Positions 16,852 through 26,141 of a stretch of DNA of 64,000 nucleotides are shown piece after piece. Origin of the DNA: a virus. Its lineage: Duplodnaviria; Caudoviricetes. Below the pieces are notes generated by a model. It ran no database searches and was not told the DNA's origin. It was given only the letters and a program-made list of their open reading frames with translations. The position numbers were made by a program, and so were the translations under genes. Every line of letters begins with the position of its first letter. Positions within the stretch are counted from its first letter, which is position 1. Where the stretch lies: the IMG/VR virus record IMGVR_UViG_3300035208_003115; one strand, written 5' to 3'.

Positions 16852-17807
16852 TATCGATCTCCCAGATCGTGGTCTATCATCATTTGAATCAGTTTTTCAA
16901 ATGTGATAGTAGGTTTCCATCCTAGCAATTTTCTAGCATCTGAGGAGTCTCCACACAGAAGGTCTACTTCAGCCGGGCGAACAAAGCGATTATCCCGCCT
17001 TATGTATTCTCTCCAGTCTAAGCCCACATATCTAAATGCAATTTCAATTAGTTCTTGGACTGTATGGGTTTCACCCGTAGCGAATACCCATTCCCGTGGC
17101 TCATGGTGTTGCATCGCCATATACATACCTAGGGCATAGTCTTTTGAATAGCCCCAGTCTCTTTTGGCGTTAGTGTTTCCTAGGACCAGTTCTGTTTGTG
17201 CGCCATGCTTAATATTAGCGACGGCTTTAGTAATCTTTCGGGTAACAAAGTTCTCTCCTCGGCGAGGAGATTCATTATTAAAGCAGATGGCCGAGATACC
17301 GAAGAGATTATAGGATTCGCGATAGTTAATAGTAGTCCAGTGGCCGAATAACTTGGATATTCCGTAAGGACTCCTTGGATAGAATGGAGTCTTTTCGTTC
17401 TGGGGAGTTTCAGCTACTTTGCCAAACATCTCAGAAGTAGAAGCCGTAAGGAATTTTGACTTGAAGTCTGAGTTACGAATGGCCTCGAGTAGTCTAAGAA
17501 CTCCTAATCCTGAGATATCTGCAGTTGTAATAGGCTCATTGAAACTCACATGAACATGAGATTGAGCCCCTAGGTTATAGACCTCATGGGGCCTAATTGA
17601 TCTGAGAATTCTATCTAGGGAGGATTGATCCGTGAGATCTCCCTGGACAAGTTCTATGTTAGAAAGGATGGACTCTATTCTACTCGTATTGGGTGTAGAG
17701 GTGCGGCGCACGAGACCATATACTTTATATCCTTTTTCTAGTAGGACTTCAGCCAGGTATGAGCCTGTCTGACCGGTGATTCCGGTGATAAGAGCTTTCT
17801 GTTCCAT
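16851..17807 (-). CDS. gmd: GDP-mannose 4,6-dehydratase
   Basis: ALITGITGQTGSYLA, NLGAQSHVHVSF, STSEMFG, PRSPYGISK, ESPRRGENFVTRKIT, RDWG, RPAEVD. Confidence 0.97.
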   Translation of the reverse strand: MEQKALITGITGQTGSYLAEVLLEKGYKVYGLVRRTSTPNTSRIESILSNIELVQGDLTDQSSLDRILRSIRPHEVYNLGAQSHVHVSFNEPITTADISGLGVLRLLEAIRNSDFKSKFLTASTSEMFGKVAETPQNEKTPFYPRSPYGISKLFGHWTTINYRESYNLFGISAICFNNESPRRGENFVTRKITKAVANIKHGAQTELVLGNTNAKRDWGYSKDYALGMYMAMQHHEPREWVFATGETHTVQELIEIAFRYVGLDWREYIRRDNRFVRPAEVDLLCGDSSDARKLLGWKPTITFEKLIQMMIDHDLGDR

Positions 17808-19048
17808 TATACTTCCTCGGGTCTAATTCTTATGTTAGTTGTTTCAGTATCGATATTATCAAATAAGTTTTCCCACTTTTTAATAATTGGTGCCCAGTCG
17901 AACTTCTTGGCGAATTCTTGGGCATTACGTCCTAGCTCAGTCCGCATAGCTTTATTCATAGCTAGTTTATCCATTGTTTCTTTAAGATGTTTGACATCAA
18001 CGATAGCTCTTCGGATGTGAGAACCGGCTTCAACAAGAAATGACGCGACCTTAATTAGCCCCCCACCTTTTGATTGACCAATAAATTCTGGTCCAATAGT
18101 ATACGCCGGAACAATGTTTGGGATGCCCGCGGCCATTGACTCAATAATTGGTATACCGAATCCTTCACCCCAGGCAGTATTAACATGAACATCCATACAT
18201 CCGTAGATTAGACGAAGAACAGGAGGAGGGACTCCGCGGTTAGGATGGAGGTCGGGAGTCACATAAACCCTATCTGATATCCCGAATTCCAAACCCAGTC
18301 GGCTTAGTAACCACCCTTGATCTTGGTTGCAAGCATGAATTAGAAGTCTTGACTTAGGATGAGTCTTTATGTGCTCCGAGAACGCTTCATACAGGGCGGG
18401 GATATTTTTGCGAGGCTGGTTTCTTGCTACCATTCCGAATACTACTACATCATCAGATCCAAACATTTCTATTCTTTTTTGTGATCTAACTTCTTCCGGA
18501 AGGGGACTAGACCAAAGCCCAAAGTCAATTCCATGATATATCATTTCGATATCTCTATTGAGGGCCATTCCAGCAACTCGTTGACCGAATTGGCTAAAGG
18601 TTAATGGCGTGTCGATATATTGTAGGAAATTTTTCCACTTGTCGGGAACAGGCATTCCGTCGATAGGAACATAAGAAACCAAATGATGGTTTTTAAGATT
18701 GGGGTGCTCTAGAATCCAATCGACCATATAGATGTCCCCGAAGTAGACAACAATATCTGGCTTGAAGTCTTCGAGAATAGCATCTATAGTCTTTCCGCCA
18801 TTCTTATCTTTCATTGTCTTGTCTTCTTTAGAAAGACTAGTGTGATATAGCTTGAATGGGAAGTTTGAAGACCGAAGACCCTCATATGGATAGGTTGGTT
18901 CTTTGGCGGGAGGCTCGAACCACCCCTGGCATGCTATCTCATATTTTTTGGTAGCAGCCAGACGTAGTAAAATGTCGTGCGTAATTACTCCATAGCCAGT
19001 ATGAATGGATGGAGTTTGAGAACACCACAGAATTCTTTTTTTAGTCAT
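17807..19048 (-). CDS. Glycosyltransferase family 4
   Basis: P..HTGYG, YVPIDG, HGID, ARNQPRKN, GEGFGIPIIESMAAGIP. Confidence 0.9.
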   Translation of the reverse strand: MTKKRILWCSQTPSIHTGYGVITHDILLRLAATKKYEIACQGWFEPPAKEPTYPYEGLRSSNFPFKLYHTSLSKEDKTMKDKNGGKTIDAILEDFKPDIVVYFGDIYMVDWILEHPNLKNHHLVSYVPIDGMPVPDKWKNFLQYIDTPLTFSQFGQRVAGMALNRDIEMIYHGIDFGLWSSPLPEEVRSQKRIEMFGSDDVVVFGMVARNQPRKNIPALYEAFSEHIKTHPKSRLLIHACNQDQGWLLSRLGLEFGISDRVYVTPDLHPNRGVPPPVLRLIYGCMDVHVNTAWGEGFGIPIIESMAAGIPNIVPAYTIGPEFIGQSKGGGLIKVASFLVEAGSHIRRAIVDVKHLKETMDKLAMNKAMRTELGRNAQEFAKKFDWAPIIKKWENLFDNIDTETTNIRIRPEEV

Positions 19049-19071
19049 TACGAATAGTCCTATTGCGAAGA

Positions 19072-19293
19072 TTACTGATTATTTAGGTGACGGATTAAAT
19101 TAATAAGAGAGGCCGTTGAACCCTTACCAAAGTCTTCTGGTTTTATTTCAACTGTCTCAGTTTCGCCTTCATCAGTTGGAGTTATCTGTCCGGTTATATT
19201 CCCGTCTTTTCCAATGACGAGGATATTTCCCGCTTCATCAGCGATGTACTTGACCTTATCAGTTTTTGGATCTCTAAAACGCATCTGTCCCAT
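19072..19293 (-). CDS. Hypothetical protein
   Basis: SD GAGG; preceded by GTTATAAT motif. Confidence 0.7.
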   Translation of the reverse strand: MGQMRFRDPKTDKVKYIADEAGNILVIGKDGNITGQITPTDEGETETVEIKPEDFGKGSTASLINLIRHLNNQ

Positions 19294-19311
19294 ACTGAAC
19301 CTCGTGCTTTT

Positions 19312-19319
19312 ATTATAAC
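19312..19319 (-). promoter_or_regulatory. GTTATAAT motif (candidate late promoter)
   Basis: 18 nt upstream of the 19293 start, heading the GT4-gmd-GT4-GT9 run. Confidence 0.45.
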
Positions 19320-20131
19320 TAGTTTTTCTTTTCTATCCACTTACCCTTATTACACCTCGATTTATAGTCGCAGTTGTGGCACTTATATCCTATATCTGGG
19401 AAGTAGATGTCTTGTTCTATAGCCTTACATACCGAATTTACTATAGCTTCAAGCTGTATTTCTTGTTCATCATTCCTGTGGGTCGTATAGAACTGATTAT
19501 TAACATTCTCTAATACGAAGAAGCCTAACTCAGCCTTAGCTTCACCCTTCTTGAAGTTAGCCTTAGGATACATTCTCTCGAGAAAGTCTCCTATGAATTT
19601 CCGGTAGGCAACCATCTCGAGACTATTATAGCCATACATCTTAGACGCTTCGTAGCTAGACGGGCATAATTTGATCCCCATAAGCCTAGTCTGATCTGTC
19701 GTCGTATATGTGAGAAGATCAATCTTCCCCGTCAATGTGTGCTGTCCCAGTTGTATTGAATATGGATAGTCTATGCCAGTTAGAGATAGTGGGTTTTTGG
19801 AGAAGTACTTGTGAAGATGAAGCAGATTAAGCCATCCGTCATTACCTAGAGATTGTCGAGTTTTTCGACCGGATCCAGAAAAGTCTAAGGCGACATCTAG
19901 ATCGAGTTGGGGATACCAAATATTTTGCCAGGAGTCTTGAAGATATTTTATATCAGGGAGTGATCTCGATCCATACCACTCTTTGAAGAAGTTTATGGCA
20001 GTTACATAGAGGCAGGTCTTCCAGTGCTCTATAGCTTTAATCTGAAGAGTTGGAGCATCCAGCTTATATTTGAAGCGGTAGTAGAAGGGACAGCGAATAT
20101 AAGTAAGAAGTTCCGTAATACTTAGTTCCAT
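19319..20131 (-). CDS. RecB/AddB/Cas4-like PD-(D/E)XK protein, possibly inactive
   Basis: LS.TEL..Y.RCP, LTGKIDLL, C-terminal C..C.Y...C; motif III reads GIK. Confidence 0.75.
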   Translation of the reverse strand: MELSITELLTYIRCPFYYRFKYKLDAPTLQIKAIEHWKTCLYVTAINFFKEWYGSRSLPDIKYLQDSWQNIWYPQLDLDVALDFSGSGRKTRQSLGNDGWLNLLHLHKYFSKNPLSLTGIDYPYSIQLGQHTLTGKIDLLTYTTTDQTRLMGIKLCPSSYEASKMYGYNSLEMVAYRKFIGDFLERMYPKANFKKGEAKAELGFFVLENVNNQFYTTHRNDEQEIQLEAIVNSVCKAIEQDIYFPDIGYKCHNCDYKSRCNKGKWIEKKN

Positions 20132-20490
20132 TATTTCTTTACTTTCTTTTCTAGCATTGCCTGTTTAAGGATGGCTTTGGTCGCTTCGGTTTCGACCTTG
20201 GTTGTGAGGATGCAATAAGCGAGATGTTGCGCGGAGGTTAGCCCATAGGAATTGGCGGCGTAAACTAGTTTAGCCCATAGCTCATCGTCGGTGATGTCAT
20301 TGTAGCCTGCAATATATTTCCCCAAAGCTTCTGTTGCGAAGACTTCAGTTATATGGATACGACCGGTGGTGATATCCATTACAACCATAAATTTATCACC
20401 GCGAGACTCTAATAGCCCAAGCGCTAAGCCTAGACTATTAGGTCCCACTAGTGCAGGTTCTTTATTAAGAAGCTTAAAGTGCTCTGCCAT
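20131..20490 (-). CDS. Hypothetical protein
   Basis: 119-aa ORF; TAATG coupling. Confidence 0.7.
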   Translation of the reverse strand: MAEHFKLLNKEPALVGPNSLGLALGLLESRGDKFMVVMDITTGRIHITEVFATEALGKYIAGYNDITDDELWAKLVYAANSYGLTSAQHLAYCILTTKVETEATKAILKQAMLEKKVKK

Positions 20491-20496
20491 TACGAA

Positions 20497-20742
20497 TTAT
20501 ACGTTCGTATCGGTCTTAGCCGGGACAACATTGATGGCCTGAAAGCCACCCTTGCCATCGCCCATTTCGAAGGTAACTTCTTGACCTTCTACTAGAGTGC
20601 GATATCCCGGCATGTTAATATTGCTGTGGTGGACAAAGATATCCCCGCTTTTCCCATCGGCCCTTGGAGCCTCAGGAAGGATGAATCCATATCCTTTTGC
20701 AGCGTTGAACCACTTGATTGTACCTTTTAATTGCTCGCTCAT
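20497..20742 (-). CDS. cspA: Cold-shock domain protein
   Basis: GTIKWFNAAKGYGFI, DIFVHHS, TLVEGQEVTFE, QAINV. Confidence 0.95.
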   Translation of the reverse strand: MSEQLKGTIKWFNAAKGYGFILPEAPRADGKSGDIFVHHSNINMPGYRTLVEGQEVTFEMGDGKGGFQAINVVPAKTDTNV

Positions 20743-20760
20743 TGCTTTATATTCCTCTTG

Positions 20761-23214
20761 TTATTTATTTTGCCCGAGCTTTCCCATTGTCCCCTGGCCC
20801 TTTGTGGGGTCAGGCTTCATAAGAGAGACCGCGTGGCTTGCAGGACATTCCTGAAACTTACCAATTGTAGGGCGGAAGTAGAAGTATAGACTATCAGCGA
20901 AGACAGCCTGTTTGTTCTTCCCAACTTTCACCGAAATAATCGGATCTCGTTCCTCAGTAGTTCCTTGCTGATTTATTGTAACAAGCTTACTTCTTTCTGG
21001 CCCAATGTCTTTTAATTCGTTATATACGTGCATAATTACGGACAGGTCGTATTCCATCTGGGCAGTTTCAGAAAGGTCACTATTTTCAGGCCTTTGTCCA
21101 ATTGGAAGCTTGGTATACTCCATGGTTGCGAGCATGGCTACCCAATACTTCTCAGATAGGTTCTTAATTAGACCCGACATCTTTTTAAAGCGGATACGCT
21201 CATCCCATTCAGCGAAGTCCTGTGCTTTATGAAAGTTATCGAAGACTGTGAGGAACTTACTCTTGGGATGTCTTTCTTTATAATACTTAATCATTGTCTC
21301 GGTATAGCCTAGGGTGGTTCCGTGAGTAGAATCCTTTACAACAAGCTTCCCGCTCAGGAGTAAATCTTTAATGCTCTTTTTCCCCATCTCCCACTTTTCT
21401 TGAAGAACTCTTGCCTCTTTAGGATTCTTCCCATTGATATATCTCATTGGGTTGGTAACGAAATTCATTGGTAGTTCTTGATCTATGGCTACCAGACGAG
21501 CTAGAACCGTATCTCTATTGTCGTCAGTAGAATGGAACAAGACAACCGTATTGTTATTTAGATTTTTCGCTACGTTCCAGGCGATTGAAGATACGAAAGA
21601 GGACTTGCCATGATTGGGTTTGCCTCCGATACCAACCGCCCTCCCTTCTTGAAAGCCATTGATTGCTTCGTCTAGGGCTTTCCATCCTACGGGGATACCA
21701 ACAATATGATCCATACGGTGTTTCCAGTTTTCGGTCATTGCATCGAAAGCTTCAACCGTTTCTACTGCTCCCACACTATCCATTGAATCTGCTGCCTGGA
21801 ATTGCTCAATCATATCCCGATACGAACCAAAGATTTCTTTGGCGGCCGCAGGATTCTTACGTAGTTCTTTAATGGCTTGGTTGGCAATAGAGCGGATGCG
21901 TTCGCTGTTCTTAAACTCTTCTAGGCGACCGATCCTATCTACTTCGCTTTGGATTGCAATAAGTCTTACACCCGTATTATCGGCGAGTTCTTTAATCATC
22001 TTCTCTCTGCGGATGATGTTGGGCTCGGTAATGATAAGAGGAATCATTTTCTCGGCTATCTCTTCAGAAGAGGTCGCAGAATCGAAGTGGGTAATTCTCC
22101 ACTGGAAGCAGGACATCTTTTGTAGACCTTCCCAGAGTTCTCTCGCGTTAGTCGGAAGTGCTACTTTTAGATAATCGTCAGGGTCTAGTCCTTCGGGCAA
22201 CTGAACTATATCAACTTGAAGTTGCTGATTAGCGATAACATTATCGAGGATTCTTTCTACGGCTAGCTGTCCTCCGTTATCATTATCCAAACAGAGGATA
22301 ACTTTGCTAATTCCGCTTCTTAGAATAAGCTGGACATGTTCGGCTGTTAGGGACGTTCCTCCAATCGCTACAACGTTGTGTATTCCCTTTTCGTGCATAG
22401 TGATAGCGTCGGCATATCCCTCGACGACTATAAGCCCCTTCTCTCTTGAGGGGGTCTTGGCTAAGTGAAAACCATAGAGGATTTCTCTCTTCCGATATAT
22501 GGGACAGTCTTGCGAGGTATTGATATACTTGCTCTGGTGGGTTGTTGGGTCTGTTTCATGCTTCATATCTCTGGCCGAAAACCCAACGGGAGTCCCGCGC
22601 TCATCACAGATGGTAAAGATGAATGTATTCTCGTTGAACATATCCGGGCGGTATAGGCCAGACTTTCTTAGGGTCTGGTCAGAGACTCCACGGTTCTTTA
22701 GGTCATTAATGAATTTATTAAAGCTTTCGACTATCCCTACCCCGAACTTCTCTCCGATAGATATATCCCAGTTTCTATTTTTGAACAGTTCATCATAGCG
22801 GGCTTCATTATGTTTGTTGCGGGAACAACGGATAAGGATGTATGCTTCCTGATAAGCCTGATAGATTTCGGCTAGAGCTTGTTGCTCTGGTGTCATTTCT
22901 AATTCAGGAGGCTGAATTCCAAACTGTTCACATAGTTTCTTAACTGTTACATTAAGGAAACCTGGGCCAGATTGAGGTAGACCCTCGAGCATATTTGCGG
23001 CGTGGAATATGTTCCCGGATAGACCGCATCCATGGCAGTGAAAGACTGGGTCATTCGGAACGATGTTACAGCTGGGGGTAGAGTCCTCATGCGCAGGATT
23101 TATACATTTGAATTTGCCATTTGGAGCTATCTCAACCTTCTGGGATTTTAGATATTCATAGAGCTTCTCTTGTAGTGTTTCTAGACAAATACCTAGCGAT
23201 GGGTTCTCTAACAT
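20761..23214 (-). CDS. DnaG-type primase / DnaB-type helicase fusion
   Basis: CHC2 finger (C..PAHED.TPS..FHCHGC), GFSAR, KYIN, TOPRIM VEGYAD..CLDND..DPDD, Walker A GKPNHGKS, KNK. Confidence 0.92.
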   Translation of the reverse strand: MLENPSLGICLETLQEKLYEYLKSQKVEIAPNGKFKCINPAHEDSTPSCNIVPNDPVFHCHGCGLSGNIFHAANMLEGLPQSGPGFLNVTVKKLCEQFGIQPPELEMTPEQQALAEIYQAYQEAYILIRCSRNKHNEARYDELFKNRNWDISIGEKFGVGIVESFNKFINDLKNRGVSDQTLRKSGLYRPDMFNENTFIFTICDERGTPVGFSARDMKHETDPTTHQSKYINTSQDCPIYRKREILYGFHLAKTPSREKGLIVVEGYADAITMHEKGIHNVVAIGGTSLTAEHVQLILRSGISKVILCLDNDNGGQLAVERILDNVIANQQLQVDIVQLPEGLDPDDYLKVALPTNARELWEGLQKMSCFQWRITHFDSATSSEEIAEKMIPLIITEPNIIRREKMIKELADNTGVRLIAIQSEVDRIGRLEEFKNSERIRSIANQAIKELRKNPAAAKEIFGSYRDMIEQFQAADSMDSVGAVETVEAFDAMTENWKHRMDHIVGIPVGWKALDEAINGFQEGRAVGIGGKPNHGKSSFVSSIAWNVAKNLNNNTVVLFHSTDDNRDTVLARLVAIDQELPMNFVTNPMRYINGKNPKEARVLQEKWEMGKKSIKDLLLSGKLVVKDSTHGTTLGYTETMIKYYKERHPKSKFLTVFDNFHKAQDFAEWDERIRFKKMSGLIKNLSEKYWVAMLATMEYTKLPIGQRPENSDLSETAQMEYDLSVIMHVYNELKDIGPERSKLVTINQQGTTEERDPIISVKVGKNKQAVFADSLYFYFRPTIGKFQECPASHAVSLMKPDPTKGQGTMGKLGQNK

Positions 23215-23255
23215 TTTGATTGACTCCTCTTGAGTAGTTCTCGACCTTCATTAGA

Positions 23256-23284
23256 ACTATATCCGTACTCAAGACACTTGTCAA
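23256..23284 (-). promoter_or_regulatory. Sigma70-type promoter for primase-helicase operon
   Basis: TTGACA-N17-TATAGT. Confidence 0.8.
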
Positions 23285-23297
23285 AACATAATTAGTA

Positions 23298-23326
23298 TTG
23301 ACAATTACGCATACAACCAGTAGTAT
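23298..23326 (+). promoter_or_regulatory. Sigma70-type promoter for Cas4-like gene
   Basis: TTGACA-N17-TAGTAT. Confidence 0.65.
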
Positions 23327-23357
23327 AGTCTCGAGACTTCAGAACAAAGGGGTTGAC

Positions 23358-24314
23358 ATGGCCGTCAAAAGAATTGCACCGCAGGGTATCCTCGCAAAGA
23401 TCGATCAGCATATCACTAACCCGCCCAATTTCGATACTCGTCAGAGACACTTCTATCCTACTCAGGCTTCCTGTATAGACGATGATGGAAATGTTCATGG
23501 CTCTTGCCTCCGCAAAGTTGGCTTTGACATCTTTAGCATAGGAAAGTCTAATCCATTCAAGGCTGATACCTATTATACATTTGCTATGGGTCACCATGTC
23601 GAAGACATGCTTGTCAATTGGCTGAAAGAGATGGGTCTATTTGTTGCTCGGAATGTTAAATTCTTTAACTCTGATTTCTTTGTTTCAGGTGAATTAGATA
23701 TTATCGTCCGCGAATCCCCGGGTTCTAAGACTCTTATTGGGGTTGAATCTAAGTCATCTCATGGTCCATTCTTTAGAACAGAGGTTATTACCGGAAGAGC
23801 GGGACAACCTCCCAAGCCTAAAGATGAACACGTTATGCAGGTTATGCTATACTTGGATAACTTTAATCTTCCTTATTTCGTTCTCATCTATATCGGCCGT
23901 GATTCCTTCGATAGGACAGAGTATACTATCCGTTTAGTTGAAGATAAGAATGGGGATCAGTATCCAGAGATTTCTCGTCCGGACGGATCTTTTTATATTG
24001 ATAAAAGATTCGGTATGGCGAATATCTATAACCGCTATAAGGATATGATGCGCTACATGAAGACCGGAGTTCTTCCTCCCCGGGATTACACCCCTCTTAT
24101 GACTCAGGAAGAGATGGAAGCGGGTGTTGCTTCTGGGAAGATTACCAAGTCCAAGCTTAAGAAGTTCGAGGCTGGTGAGATTCTAACAGCGGATTGGCAG
24201 TGCAGATATTGCGATTTTAAAGACTTATGTCGCGGGATGGAAGCGGGAGAAGTGAAGAACTTTGTTGAGAGATTTAACAACAAGGAATTCAAGGTAAAGG
24301 AATATGATAAATAA
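23358..24314 (+). CDS. Cas4-like PD-(D/E)XK exonuclease
   Basis: SCLRK, GELDII, VESKS, QVMLYL, CRYCDFKDLC; ATG 23358 after AAGGGG. Confidence 0.85.
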   Translation: MAVKRIAPQGILAKIDQHITNPPNFDTRQRHFYPTQASCIDDDGNVHGSCLRKVGFDIFSIGKSNPFKADTYYTFAMGHHVEDMLVNWLKEMGLFVARNVKFFNSDFFVSGELDIIVRESPGSKTLIGVESKSSHGPFFRTEVITGRAGQPPKPKDEHVMQVMLYLDNFNLPYFVLIYIGRDSFDRTEYTIRLVEDKNGDQYPEISRPDGSFYIDKRFGMANIYNRYKDMMRYMKTGVLPPRDYTPLMTQEEMEAGVASGKITKSKLKKFEAGEILTADWQCRYCDFKDLCRGMEAGEVKNFVERFNNKEFKVKEYDK

Positions 24315-24505
24315 TGGAATGTCCCAGATGTCGCTTCGAGATGACCGAAAAGGAATATAATTGGAGCAGAAGAGATGGTTTAAATAATTCCCTTGCCGGT
24401 ATTATTCATATCCCTGCCATATATTTCAGGTGTAAGAACTGCTTTCATGAGGTTCATCGTAATTCAAGCCATGTTATTTCAGAGGCGAGATTTAAATGGC
24501 ATTAG
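24314..24505 (+). CDS. Small zinc-finger protein
   Basis: CPRC ... CKNC; TAATG coupling. Confidence 0.7.
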   Translation: MECPRCRFEMTEKEYNWSRRDGLNNSLAGIIHIPAIYFRCKNCFHEVHRNSSHVISEARFKWH

Positions 24506-25107
24506 AAGCCTATCCCAACTCTTAGATATACTTTCATATTCTTTACATCCCAGAGGTTTTTAATGTCGGGAGTAATGACTTCTGCCCCTGTCCATAGAGG
24601 GCCGAATGTCTGAGCATCTATCCAGATGCCTGCAGACTGAAAGCCCGAGCTACTAAGAATACCCATTACCCTACGAATTTCTCGCTTAACAATCTCCGTC
24701 TTCTTAAGTCTCTCAATCTCTGTAGTCGCTTCAACCAGACGAGTTGTTAGTGTGTCTATAATTTGTTTTGACTTTTCATCTTGAATAGCAACATTTCTCT
24801 TATGTGTGATAGAGGTTCTATAGACAGCTTTGCCCTGTCCGTCAAGGGCCAAAGCACCATTAGGAAGGATAATCGGTTCGATAATCTTAACCGTATCTTC
24901 TGTGTAGTTTTTCTTGTAGCTACTATACTCGTTTTGGATCGTTTCTTTATCTTGCTCGAGTTGAGTAACTTTTGTCTTGAGAGAGTCACGTTCTTCCACA
25001 ACCTTCTTATACGTAGGCATACCAATATAAACTACGCTTAGAATGATTGCTAATAATGCGATTCCCACTCCCACTTTTCCCTTATTCATCGACAGCCATT
25101 GCTTCAT
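24502..25107 (-). CDS. Spanin-like lysis protein
   Basis: N-terminal TM, coiled coil, C-terminal amphipathic beta-strands ending in Phe; follows endolysin and holin-like genes. Confidence 0.6.
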   Translation of the reverse strand: MKQWLSMNKGKVGVGIALLAIILSVVYIGMPTYKKVVEERDSLKTKVTQLEQDKETIQNEYSSYKKNYTEDTVKIIEPIILPNGALALDGQGKAVYRTSITHKRNVAIQDEKSKQIIDTLTTRLVEATTEIERLKKTEIVKREIRRVMGILSSSGFQSAGIWIDAQTFGPLWTGAEVITPDIKNLWDVKNMKVYLRVGIGF

Positions 25108-25119
25108 TTCAATTACTCC

Positions 25120-25485
25120 TTATTTATCTACGCTAGGATCAATGACAGATGCTGCGGTTAGCGTCTTGCCCTTATTGCCGGCCAGCCAAGCAGCTAGAGC
25201 TTCCATGATAGGACCTACATGTTTTCTCATACACCAGTTCATCCATGCAAGCGCCATTATCCCAACAACTGCGATGACGGCGACATCAGATACGAGCTTG
25301 CCTTTATCCAGAAGCTTCCAGGTCATCCAAGTTGTTATCCAAACAAAGACAGAAGCTTTAGATGGAAGGTCAACACAGATAAGCATCCCGATTCTATGGA
25401 ATAGGACGGTCCACCAATGAGTCCCAGGGTCTCCATATACAGGTTCGTAATGATTAAAGTTTTCGATACGCTCTCTCTCAGTCAT
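25120..25485 (-). CDS. Putative holin
   Basis: Two or three hydrophobic segments; between endolysin and spanin-like genes. Confidence 0.55.
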   Translation of the reverse strand: MTERERIENFNHYEPVYGDPGTHWWTVLFHRIGMLICVDLPSKASVFVWITTWMTWKLLDKGKLVSDVAVIAVVGIMALAWMNWCMRKHVGPIMEALAAWLAGNKGKTLTAASVIDPSVDK

Positions 25486-25487
25486 GG

Positions 25488-25940
25488 TTATTGACCGTCG
25501 AGTTCGTAGTGAGGCATGTCCCAGTCATCGCCATTTTGGAGTTCAAAGTCTCTATTCCAATCGCCACCCCAACGAATGGGGATCCCAAGAACTAGAGCCA
25601 TTCCTCGGACGACACCCGCAAAGTGAGCTGTGCTGGCATACTCTCTGGCCTTCTTAAGCTCTTCGGGGTTTAGACCTTTAAGATCCGGCCATCTTACGTT
25701 CGGCTTGTCCGCATACCAGCGCATAACATCTGCGGCCAATGATGGTTGTTTATTATGCTTAGATTGAGGATACCTGAGCTTGGAGTTACCAGCATTAAAT
25801 GCTGCGTCTTGTTCTGCTTGGCCTCTGTGACCGCACAGAACGGTGCAATCAATATGCTTGATTACTTCGTTGAATAATCTCTGGATTTCGGGATGAGCGC
25901 CGGAAAGATTATTAATAGACCTGTTTCCAAACTTGGGCAT
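25488..25940 (-). CDS. Endolysin, peptidase M15 (L-Ala-D-Glu peptidase-like)
   Basis: GHR..AEQ, SKH..SLAAD, RWGGDW, DMPHYEL; ATG 25940 after AGGAG. Confidence 0.92.
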   Translation of the reverse strand: MPKFGNRSINNLSGAHPEIQRLFNEVIKHIDCTVLCGHRGQAEQDAAFNAGNSKLRYPQSKHNKQPSLAADVMRWYADKPNVRWPDLKGLNPEELKKAREYASTAHFAGVVRGMALVLGIPIRWGGDWNRDFELQNGDDWDMPHYELDGQ

Positions 25941-25954
25941 GATATCTCCTATCA

Positions 25955-26095
25955 CTATATTTCATTCTCTATTCCATTATAACGGTAAATGCGGTTGAGG
26001 AGATCGAGCACAACGGAATTAACTTTATCGGGATCTTTAATATTGACAAGGGATTCTAACGCTCTGACGACATCTAAGATAGAAAGTTTACCCAT
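25955..26095 (-). CDS. 46-aa hypothetical protein (not in ORF track)
   Basis: AGGAG SD; MGKLSILDVVRALESLVNIKDPDKVNSVVLDLLNRIYRYNGIENEI. Confidence 0.55.
   Translation of the reverse strand: MGKLSILDVVRALESLVNIKDPDKVNSVVLDLLNRIYRYNGIENEI
25976..25983 (-). promoter_or_regulatory. GTTATAAT motif (candidate late promoter for lysis cassette)
   Basis: 35 nt upstream of the endolysin ATG. Confidence 0.4.
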
Positions 26096-26141
26096 TGGGC
26101 AACTCCTGTTGAGGTTTATAGCGCTTCCGCGGCCCTCCTTT

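Noticed and set aside
7139-19048. GT island as a DNA hypermodification system
   Set aside because: No hydroxymethylase, TET/JBP or thymidylate-synthase homolog is in the window, and the families present are surface-glycan types. Not fully excluded without the rest of the genome.
24756-25025. Nested ORF as an o-spanin (Rz1)
   Set aside because: No signal peptide or lipobox Cys.
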